A stretch of DNA of 56,770 nucleotides, from NCBI GenBank assembly GCA_045656585.1, contig JAZORM010000094.1, positions 1 through 56,770 of the forward strand. Reading direction: 5' to 3'. The translations under genes and the position numbers were made by a program. The stretch comes from Acutalibacteraceae bacterium. GTDB taxonomy: Bacteria; Bacillota; Clostridia; Oscillospirales; Acutalibacteraceae. A model generated the notes under the pieces. The model had not been told where the DNA came from and searched no databases. It saw only the letters and a program-made list of their open reading frames with translations. The stretch's first letter is position 1. Each line of letters opens with the position of its first letter. Of this stretch, positions 9,066 to 15,455 are shown in pieces.

Positions 9066-9133
9066 ATCGGCAGAATGCTGTTTAGATAGATTTGTAGATT
9101 TTCTATCTATCTCCCTTTCCACATTCTGCCGAT
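9066..9133. repeat. Nested inverted repeat (possible terminator or element-end structure)
   Basis: Perfect 12-bp arms ATCGGCAGAATG (9066-9077) / CATTCTGCCGAT (9122-9133) enclose an inner 8-bp repeat TAGATAGA (9083-9090) / TCTATCTA (9102-9109). It lies 36 nt after the DUF89 stop. Confidence 0.5.
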
Positions 9134-9213
9134 TTCTTATATCTGATGTTGATCAGTTAATTGATTTTGTAATAAATATTTTTGTATGAACATAATTAAA
9201 TACGAAGCAATTT

Positions 9214-9243
9214 AAAGCACGAACTTACTATAGTTCGTGCTTT
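9214..9243 (-). terminator. Hairpin terminator downstream of tnpV
   Basis: Perfect 12-bp stem AAAGCACGAACT / AGTTCGTGCTTT with a 6-nt loop. The A/T ends can serve either direction. Confidence 0.55.
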
Positions 9244-9261
9244 GGCTTTAATAATATTAGA

Positions 9262-9639
9262 TTATAAATAAATTAATTCACGGTTTACAATTTCTGTTGC
9301 TCTTTGGCGGATGTTGTTCATTTGACTGACCCACTCCATTTGGTCGATGGCTTTCAATTCCTCTGTTATGCCTTCTGATTTCTTATACTGCACTATAAGA
9401 TTATTAAACATTTCTTCCGCCTGAGCGTTTATCTCAAAGAGATAGGAATTGAGTTTGCCTTCAAAGCTTAAGCGGTTGTAGGTGGCTTTGCGGTGTTGCT
9501 TCATATAATCTAAATGTCGCATGCCCCATATGCCGATTTCTTTTATTTCGACCTCTGGTAGTATAAAGCAGGGAATGTAATAGTCGCCATTTAGCTCGTA
9601 CCATAAGCCGCCCCGTTCGTCGTAGATATATTGTTCCAT
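9262..9639 (-). CDS. tnpV: TnpV-family transposon-associated protein
   Basis: 125 aa with GGLWYELNGDYYIP...IGIWGMRHLDYMKQH...MEWVSQMNNIRQRATEIVNRELI. This matches my recollection of the TnpV family of Tn4451-like and ICE-borne elements. Confidence 0.65.
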   Translation of the reverse strand: MEQYIYDERGGLWYELNGDYYIPCFILPEVEIKEIGIWGMRHLDYMKQHRKATYNRLSFEGKLNSYLFEINAQAEEMFNNLIVQYKKSEGITEELKAIDQMEWVSQMNNIRQRATEIVNRELIYL

Positions 9640-9641
9640 TG

Positions 9642-9944
9642 TTATGCCTCCTTAAGTAAGTCTTTAAACGGTGCATTGTCGCTTACAAAGGTGTCGTAGG
9701 TGAAGTTAGCACCGAGACGAAAACCCATAATAAAACTATCGAGGTTGGATTCGCCGTTGACTACGCCCCAAGCGTTGCAAAAGTCGAGGAATTTCTTTTT
9801 GCTTTCACCCGATAGATGCTCGGTTAAGAAGTCTTCGTTTAGCATCAACACCTCCATTTGTTTTTGCACAGTTTTGTTTTCTTTGGTGCTACGCGCCTGT
9901 GGGTCGAGATTGCCGTAATAGAATTCTTCTATAAAATTTGACAT
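9642..9944 (-). CDS. Small mobile-element protein usually paired with TnpV (DUF6809-like)
   Basis: 100 aa starting MSNFIEEFYYGNLDPQ... Its stop is 2 nt from the tnpV start. The family assignment is from memory only. Confidence 0.4.
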   Translation of the reverse strand: MSNFIEEFYYGNLDPQARSTKENKTVQKQMEVLMLNEDFLTEHLSGESKKKFLDFCNAWGVVNGESNLDSFIMGFRLGANFTYDTFVSDNAPFKDLLKEA

Positions 9945-9950
9945 AAAATT

Positions 9951-9982
9951 ACCTCCTTTGCCTTTATTGTAGCAAAGGAGGT
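9951..9982 (-). promoter_or_regulatory. RBS-sequestering hairpin in the 5' UTR of the 9642-9944 gene
   Basis: Perfect 11-bp inverted repeat ACCTCCTTTGC (9951-9961) / GCAAAGGAGGT (9972-9982) with a 10-nt loop. On the mRNA the downstream arm is the AAGGAGGT SD, 6 nt before the ATG. Confidence 0.5.
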
Positions 9983-10026
9983 TTACTTTTACGAATGTGC
10001 GGAATTAAAATCGGCAGATAAAATAA

Positions 10027-10051
10027 CTCCCCTTTGGAAAACCAAGGGGAG
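10027..10051 (-). terminator. Intrinsic terminator of the three-small-gene operon
   Basis: CTCCCCTTTGG / CCAAGGGGAG stem (one bulge), followed on the minus strand by TTATTTTAT. It lies 7 nt after the stop at 10058. Confidence 0.6.
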
Positions 10052-10057
10052 AGGAAG

Positions 10058-10282
10058 TTATCCTTTTGGTGGGAATGGGTCGTTACCATAAGAGTCTTTG
10101 TCTCTAATCTGACCATTAGGACGATGAATCACAAGTTCTGATTGTTGATTTCGAGCTATAGAGCGCCCTATGTTAATAGCTTGTTTTTGAGTTTCGGTCC
10201 TTACAGTAGCTCTACTATTTCCCGCACCTTTTACCTGCCAACCTCCGTTAGGATGTGGCGTAATATGTTGGTTTTTAGCCAT
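10058..10282 (-). CDS. DUF2188-family small protein
   Basis: 74 aa with HITPHPNGGWQVKGAGNSRA...TQKQAINIGR...ELVIHRPNGQIRDKDSYGNDPFPPKG, the DUF2188 pattern. AAGGTG SD upstream. Confidence 0.6.
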   Translation of the reverse strand: MAKNQHITPHPNGGWQVKGAGNSRATVRTETQKQAINIGRSIARNQQSELVIHRPNGQIRDKDSYGNDPFPPKG

Positions 10283-10286
10283 AAAG

Positions 10287-10517
10287 TCACCTTACCTTTT
10301 TATGAAATGCGCCCTTATCGTTTCCAGTTATAACAACAACTATATCCCCGGAATTAGTAAGATTTTTAAGTTTTGTGCAGAAATTTTCTAAACTAAGTTT
10401 AGAATCTACTTTATAGGTGGATTCTGTAATTTTTTCTGCCTTCACCTCATTGAAATAGGCGTAAAGGTCTTCATAACTATTTCCTTCTTTAATATCATAG
10501 GAAACATATCTTTTCAT
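10287..10517 (-). CDS. Hypothetical 76-aa protein (predicted beta-alpha-beta-beta-alpha-beta pattern)
   Basis: GGGGGA SD. There is a 4-nt gap to the next gene. Alternating beta/alpha propensity (YVSYDI / YEDLYAYFNEV / KITESTYKV / LENFCTKLKNL / DIVVVITG). I recognise no family. Confidence 0.45.
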   Translation of the reverse strand: MKRYVSYDIKEGNSYEDLYAYFNEVKAEKITESTYKVDSKLSLENFCTKLKNLTNSGDIVVVITGNDKGAFHKKVR

Positions 10518-10529
10518 AATAGTTCCCCC

Positions 10530-10739
10530 TTACCCTTTATGAGCTTCTTCACAGCAATAATAACATCCATCCGCGCTCTTCCAGCCAGAAAGTTTTGCGT
10601 AGTTTACTGCTGCAACCGCATTAGTGTACCAACCAAGAGAAACTCGATTTTGTGAAAGGGGTAAATGACCACAAGCTGTTGTGTGAACTTCGTTACGGCC
10701 ATTATCGTCTGTATTTTTATTGATAATATAATAAGGCAT
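10530..10739 (-). CDS. Hypothetical 69-aa Cys/His-rich (probable Zn-binding) protein
   Basis: HTTACGH ... DGCYYCCEEAH arrangement. It is the first gene of the tight operon, with a 12-nt gap to the next gene. Confidence 0.45.
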   Translation of the reverse strand: MPYYIINKNTDDNGRNEVHTTACGHLPLSQNRVSLGWYTNAVAAVNYAKLSGWKSADGCYYCCEEAHKG

Positions 10740-10828
10740 AATGCAACCTACTTTCTTTGTTATAATTTATATTTATATAAAAACTGAACAAAAAAAGTAA
10801 ATCGGTTGAATATTTCACTTCCTTTCAG

Positions 10829-10856
10829 ATTATAATATCACAAGAAACATTGACAA
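10829..10856 (-). promoter_or_regulatory. Sigma-A-type promoter for the 69/76/74-aa operon
   Basis: On the minus strand: TTGTCA (10851-10856), a 16-nt spacer, then TATAAT (10829-10834). Confidence 0.5.
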
Positions 10857-10878
10857 CGGTCTTAAAAAATGGTATTAT
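10850..10878 (+). promoter_or_regulatory. Sigma-A-type promoter, back-to-back with the previous one, driving the candidate sRNA
   Basis: TTGACA (10850-10855), a 17-nt spacer ending in TGG (extended -10), then TATTAT (10873-10878). Its -35 box overlaps the -35 of the divergent promoter. Confidence 0.55.
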
Positions 10879-10884
10879 AGTAAC

Positions 10885-10963
10885 TGTTGAGGATACGATA
10901 ATATCATTTTATTGTTTCCTAAAGTCTTGTTGAGGCCCTAATCTCGACAAGGCTTTTTCTTTT
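10885..10963 (+). ncRNA. Candidate ~80-nt small RNA (orphan promoter-terminator unit)
   Basis: The predicted TSS is ~10885. A plus-strand-oriented terminator follows: CTTGTTGAG (10926-10934) / CTCGACAAG (10943-10951, one G-U pair), then TTTTTCTTTT (10954-10963). There is no ORF or SD in between. It is convergent with the XRE gene's 3' end. Confidence 0.35.
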
Positions 10964-10989
10964 GCTCGGTTTTATTTGTTTAAATATAA

Positions 10990-11529
10990 TTACTCTGTGA
11001 ACGAATCTAAAATATCAAACAGCGTGTCCTCGTTGTTTTCTTTTTTAGCTCTTTCTTCTTCCTCGCGAATATTGATAATCGCTTGAAGTCGTTTGTTCAT
11101 TTTTTCTGTAATCTGTGAAGCAGTCTTCAAGTCTTCTAACTTGCCATTATCGGCCGTTGCCAACAACATTTTCATAGAAAACATAAACCGATTTCTTGCT
11201 TCTTCGAAAGTAATGCTTTCTAACATTTGTTTGAACTCATTAGCTTTATTTCGCTTAGATTCAGACTCTGCCTCAACTTGTTTGGCTTTTTGCGAACTGG
11301 CAATCAGCATATCTTTTCGAATTTGGTCTATTTCAGAAAGTTCATAAAAACATTCTGGACCAATACCATAAAACAAAGATAACTTTTCAAGCTTTGTGTT
11401 TGAAGCTTTTATTGCACCATTTTCCCACTGCGATACAGTAGAACGATTTACGCCAGCAACTTTTGCAATTTCATCTTGGGTGGCACCATATATCTCCCTA
11501 ATTTTTTTCATATTATTGAAATTTTCCAT
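10990..11529 (-). CDS. XRE-family HTH transcriptional regulator with coiled-coil C-terminal domain
   Basis: MENFNNMKKIREIYGATQDEIAKVAGVNRSTVSQWENG is a Cro/CI-type HTH. The start was moved to the ATG at 11529, which has GGAGGT 7 nt upstream. Confidence 0.8.
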   Translation of the reverse strand: MENFNNMKKIREIYGATQDEIAKVAGVNRSTVSQWENGAIKASNTKLEKLSLFYGIGPECFYELSEIDQIRKDMLIASSQKAKQVEAESESKRNKANEFKQMLESITFEEARNRFMFSMKMLLATADNGKLEDLKTASQITEKMNKRLQAIINIREEEERAKKENNEDTLFDILDSFTE

Positions 11530-11551
11530 AGTGATACCTCCTGCTAAATAT

Positions 11552-11580
11552 AGTATATAACAAAACACAACGTTTGTCAA
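11552..11580 (-). promoter_or_regulatory. Sigma-A-type promoter of the XRE gene
   Basis: On the minus strand: TTGACA (11575-11580), a 17-nt spacer, then TATACT (11552-11557). Confidence 0.55.
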
Positions 11581-11611
11581 CATATTTTTGAAATATTTTT
11601 GTTGTGTTTTG
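11561..11611. repeat. 11-bp perfect inverted repeat bracketing the XRE promoter -35 (candidate operator)
   Basis: CAAAACACAAC (11561-11571) and GTTGTGTTTTG (11601-11611), 29 nt apart. Confidence 0.5.
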
Positions 11612-11650
11612 TGTTGCGCCAACAGAATATCAATTTCTACATAATAACAA

Positions 11651-11686
11651 AAACGCTCCGATAGGTGTTAGCCTAACGGAGCGTTT
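11651..11686 (-). terminator. Hairpin terminator, probably for ppdK (bidirectional shape)
   Basis: AAACGCTCCG / CGGAGCGTTT stem with an inner TAGG/CCTA pairing. Both flanks are T-rich. It lies ~130 nt past the ppdK stop. Confidence 0.5.
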
Positions 11687-11814
11687 GTTTTAGATATAGA
11701 GTCTTACTTTAATATCTTTCCATTTATGCACACGTTGTTTGGTTGATTTGGAATATTTATATTCCTTAGCATCCTTTTCCGTGAGTATAAATTCTGCGAA
11801 GTTAAAGTAAGGAA

Positions 11815-14445
11815 TTACTTGCCAGACTTTATAGCAGCCTGAGCAGCAGCGAGACGAGCGATCGGCACACGGAAAGGTGAGCATGATACGTAGTCAAGAC
11901 CAATCTTGTGGCAGAATTCAACAGATACAGGGTCACCGCCGTGTTCACCGCAGATACCGCAGTGGATTTCAGGACGGGTCTTTTTACCCATTGTTACAGC
12001 CATATCCATCAACTTACCAACACCAGTTTGGTCAAGTTTAGCAAATGGATCGTTTTCGTAGATCTTTGTATCGTAGTAAGCGGTTAAGAACTTACCAGCA
12101 TCGTCACGGCTGAAGCCGAATGTCATTTGAGTAAGGTCGTTAGTACCGAAGCAGAAGAATTCAGCTTCTTTAGCGATGTCATCAGCTGTGAGACATGCTC
12201 TTGGGATTTCCATCATAGTACCAACTTCGTACTTAAGGTCAGCGCCTGCAGCAGCGATTTCAGCATCAGCTGTAGCTACAACAACGTCCTTAACGTACTT
12301 AAGTTCTTTAACTTCACCGGTAAGAGGAATCATGATTTCAGGAACGATGTTCCAATCAGGATGAGCCTTCTTAACGTTGATAGCTGCGCGGATAACAGCA
12401 GCAGTTTGCATCTTAGCAATTTCAGGATAGGTAACTGCAAGACGGCAACCACGGTGACCCATCATTGGGTTGAATTCGTGGAGAGAAGAAATGATGTTCT
12501 TGATGTCTTCAACAGTTTTCCCTTGTGCATCAGCCAATGCCTTGATGTCAGCTTCTTCAGTAGGAACGAATTCATGGAGAGGTGGATCAAGGAAACGGAT
12601 ACATACAGGATAGCCTTCGAGAGCTTCGTAAAGCTTTTCGAAGTCGCCTTGTTGGTAAGGAAGAATCTTTTCGAGAGCAACTTCACGTTCAGCAGCTGTG
12701 TCAGCGCAGATCATTTCACGGAAAGCAGCGATTCTATCAGCTTCGAAGAACATATGCTCAGTACGGCAAAGACCGATACCTTCAGCGCCGAGTTCACGAG
12801 CCTTCTTAGCGTCAGCAGGTGTATCAGCATTGGTGCGAACCTTAAGGGTACGGAATTCATCAGCCCAAGCCATGATGCGACCGAATTCGCCAGCGATTTC
12901 AGCGTCAACGGTGGGGATGATACCGTCGTAAATGTTACCGGTTGAACCATCGATAGAGATGTAGTCACCTTCGTTATAGGTCTTACCAGCAAGTGTAAAC
13001 TTCTTGTTTTCTTCATCCATGATGATTTCGCCGCAACCAGATACGCAGCAGGTACCCATACCACGTGCAACAACGGCAGCGTGAGAGGTCATACCACCAC
13101 GAACGGTAAGAATACCTTGAGAAGCCTTCATACCGGTGATATCTTCAGGAGAGGTTTCAAGACGAACGAGGATAACCTTTTCGCCACGGTTGTTCCATTC
13201 TTCTGCATCTTCAGCAGTGAATACAACCTTACCACAAGCAGCACCTGGAGAAGCGCCTAAGCCCTTACCAGCAGGAGTAGCAGCCTTAAGAGCCTTTACG
13301 TCGAATTGTGGGTGGAGAAGAGTATCAAGGTTACGAGGATCGATCATAGCAACAGCTTGTTTCTTGTCGATCATGTTTTCGTCAACGAGGTCGCAAGCGA
13401 TTTTAAGAGCAGCCTTAGCAGTTCTCTTACCGTTACGAGTTTGGAGCATATAGAGTTTGCCGTCTTCTACGGTGAATTCCATATCTTGCATGTCGCGATA
13501 GTGGTCTTCAAGGATAGCGCAAACTTTGTTGAATTCTTCGAAAGCTGCAGGGAACTTTTCAGCCATTTCAGCGATAGGCATTGGAGTACGAACACCAGCA
13601 ACAACGTCTTCACCTTGAGCGTTGGTGAGGAATTCGCCCATAAGGCCGGGTTCACCAGTAGCAGGGTCACGAGTAAATGCAACACCGGTACCACAGTTGT
13701 CGCCCATGTTACCAAATGCCATCATTTGTACGTTAACAGCGGTACCCCAAGAATAAGGAATATCGTTGTCACGACGGTAAACGTTTGCACGGGGGTTGTC
13801 CCATGAACGGAATACAGCTTCGATAGCGCCCATCAATTGTTCTTTAGGATCGGTGGGGAAATCTTTGCCGATTTTTGACTTGTATTCAGCCTTGAATTGT
13901 TCTGCAAGGTTCTTAAGGTCGTCAGCTGTAAGATCAACGTCTTGAGTAACGCCTTTTTCTTCTTTCATTTTGTCGATAAGTTCTTCGAAATAGTTCTTAC
14001 CAACTTCCATAACTACGTCAGAATACATTTGGATGAAACGACGATAGCAGTCGTAAGCCCAACGTGCATTACCTGATTTAGCAGCCATAGTTTCAACAAC
14101 TTCTTCGTTAAGACCGAGGTTAAGAATGGTATCCATCATACCGGGCATAGAAGCGCGAGCACCTGGACGAACAGATACGAGAAGAGGATTTTCTTTGTCG
14201 CCAAATTTCTTGCCAACAACTTTTTCCATCTTTTCGATGTATTCCATGATTTGTGCTTGGATATCATCGTTGATTTTTCTGCCGTCTTCATAATACTGTG
14301 TACATGCTTCGGTAGAAACAGTGAAACCTTGTGGTACAGGAAGACCGATTTTGGTCATTTCTGCAAGGTTAGCACCCTTACCGCCGAGAAGTTCACGCAT
14401 AGAAGCGTCGCCTTCAGAGAAAAGGTAAACATACTTGTGACTCAT
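11815..14445 (-). CDS. ppdK: Pyruvate, phosphate dikinase
   Basis: 876 aa with MSHKYVYLFSEG...GGKGANLAEM, the phospho-His region GGMTSHAAVVARG, and the C-terminal PEP/pyruvate domain NDLTQ. GGAGG SD upstream. Confidence 0.95.
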   Translation of the reverse strand: MSHKYVYLFSEGDASMRELLGGKGANLAEMTKIGLPVPQGFTVSTEACTQYYEDGRKINDDIQAQIMEYIEKMEKVVGKKFGDKENPLLVSVRPGARASMPGMMDTILNLGLNEEVVETMAAKSGNARWAYDCYRRFIQMYSDVVMEVGKNYFEELIDKMKEEKGVTQDVDLTADDLKNLAEQFKAEYKSKIGKDFPTDPKEQLMGAIEAVFRSWDNPRANVYRRDNDIPYSWGTAVNVQMMAFGNMGDNCGTGVAFTRDPATGEPGLMGEFLTNAQGEDVVAGVRTPMPIAEMAEKFPAAFEEFNKVCAILEDHYRDMQDMEFTVEDGKLYMLQTRNGKRTAKAALKIACDLVDENMIDKKQAVAMIDPRNLDTLLHPQFDVKALKAATPAGKGLGASPGAACGKVVFTAEDAEEWNNRGEKVILVRLETSPEDITGMKASQGILTVRGGMTSHAAVVARGMGTCCVSGCGEIIMDEENKKFTLAGKTYNEGDYISIDGSTGNIYDGIIPTVDAEIAGEFGRIMAWADEFRTLKVRTNADTPADAKKARELGAEGIGLCRTEHMFFEADRIAAFREMICADTAAEREVALEKILPYQQGDFEKLYEALEGYPVCIRFLDPPLHEFVPTEEADIKALADAQGKTVEDIKNIISSLHEFNPMMGHRGCRLAVTYPEIAKMQTAAVIRAAINVKKAHPDWNIVPEIMIPLTGEVKELKYVKDVVVATADAEIAAAGADLKYEVGTMMEIPRACLTADDIAKEAEFFCFGTNDLTQMTFGFSRDDAGKFLTAYYDTKIYENDPFAKLDQTGVGKLMDMAVTMGKKTRPEIHCGICGEHGGDPVSVEFCHKIGLDYVSCSPFRVPIARLAAAQAAIKSGK

Positions 14446-14708
14446 TATGAATCAACCTCCTAAATTTTTATGGGCAATGCCCAACTTTAATAACTTTGCA
14501 CGATACTTTTTAAAGTATCCAAGTAATTATAACAAAAATTCGAAAAAAAATAAAGAGTTTTTTTATTATTTTTTCATTTTTGGCAAAAAGTTGAGAAAAT
14601 TTGACAATTCATTTGTTATATTTGTTATTTTATATAATTTATTACAATAAAACTTGCCATGCGGCAACATTTGTGTTAAAATTTTTTGTAACAGAAAGGA
14701 AGTTTGCT

Positions 14709-15443
14709 ATGAAATTTAGTGTAAACCATCCAATTATTTTCGCAATGGTTGCTGTACTAATTATGGTTGTACTTGCTCAATCGGTTTTCTTTTTAGTACG
14801 TGCTTACCGTAGAGCGTTAGAGATTGGTATGGAAAAATCAAAACTTAAAAAAACAATTATCTCTTCGGCGCTTTTTACAATCGCTCCCGCAATCTCGATT
14901 CTTGTGGGTGTTTTAGCCCTTTCAAAATCCTTGGGATTGCCGCTTCCGTGGCTTAGACTTTCCATAATTGGTTCGCTATCGTATGAGACGATTGCTGCGG
15001 GAAATACTTTAAATGAACTCGGAACTGAAATGGGAAAACAAATAACCTCGGCTTCGGCATTTGTGACGGTTGCTTGGGTTATGACTTTGGGTATTATTAT
15101 CGGCCTTTTCTTAACCCCGCTTTTGGCAAAGAAAATTCAAAAAGGCATGAAAAATATCGAGAATATGGACAAAAAGTGGAGTGAAATTTTTACAAACGCT
15201 ATGTTCCTTGGTATGATTTCGGCATTTTTAGGCTATGTTTTTTGGGATTTCGCAAGTGTATTTTCGGGTAAAACCTCGGCGCTTATCCCTGTTCTTGTAA
15301 TGGCGGCATCAGCGGTTATTATGCTTGTTTGCGGACTTTGTGCTAAAGTTTTCAAGGCTAGGTGGATAACTGACTACGCGTTGCCTATTAGTCTCGTTGG
15401 CGGTATGGCATTGGCTATTCCGATTACAAATTGGTTAGGATAG
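14709..15443 (+). CDS. DUF5058-like polytopic membrane protein
   Basis: Starts MKFSVNHPIIFAMVAVLIMVV... with ~6 predicted TM segments. The start was moved to the ATG at 14709 behind GAAAGGAAG. The family name is from memory. Confidence 0.5.
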   Translation: MKFSVNHPIIFAMVAVLIMVVLAQSVFFLVRAYRRALEIGMEKSKLKKTIISSALFTIAPAISILVGVLALSKSLGLPLPWLRLSIIGSLSYETIAAGNTLNELGTEMGKQITSASAFVTVAWVMTLGIIIGLFLTPLLAKKIQKGMKNIENMDKKWSEIFTNAMFLGMISAFLGYVFWDFASVFSGKTSALIPVLVMAASAVIMLVCGLCAKVFKARWITDYALPISLVGGMALAIPITNWLG

Positions 15444-15455
15444 GGGGGAGTTTTA

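Larger units (their letters stand above)
9031..11700. mobile_element. Integrase-less mobile-element remnant / genomic islet between DUF89 and ppdK
   Basis: Contains tnpV-family and partner genes, DUF2188, two orphan small ORFs and an XRE repressor. It is bracketed by large hairpins at 9066-9133 and 11651-11686. No recombinase is present. Confidence 0.4.

Noticed and set aside
10717-10818. 33-codon GTG-initiated ORF (MKYSTDLLFLFSFYININ...) in the 5' UTR of the small-protein operon, considered as a type I toxin-like peptide.
   Set aside because: The GTG directly abuts the GGAAG it would need as an SD, so there is no spacer. The ORF also runs out of frame into the 69-aa gene. It is most likely a chance ORF in AT-rich leader sequence.
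11690-11884. 64-aa minus-strand ORF overlapping the ppdK 3' end and continuing 125 nt beyond it (...AEFILTEKDAKEYKYSKSTKQRVHKWKDIKVRLYI).
   Set aside because: Its start lies inside ppdK in another frame. There is no start codon after the ppdK stop. It could be a relic C-terminus of a lost gene at the islet edge, but I cannot support that from the sequence alone.
12127-12945. 272-aa plus-strand ORF inside ppdK. Further antisense ORFs of 60-120 aa lie between 12176 and 13453.
   Set aside because: It lies entirely antisense to an unambiguous, full-length ppdK. The translations are Ser/Phe/Val-rich and low in complexity, with no SD. Long stop-free antisense frames are expected in a highly codon-biased gene.
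13306-13806. 166-aa plus-strand ORF antisense to ppdK.
   Set aside because: Rejected for the same reason. It has no independent signals and overlaps the conserved PpdK nucleotide-binding domain coding sequence.
14601-14708. 36-codon N-terminal extension of the DUF5058-like ORF.
   Set aside because: It falls in the AT-rich divergent promoter region shared with ppdK. The ATG at 14709 has a proper SD, and the TM domain begins right after it.
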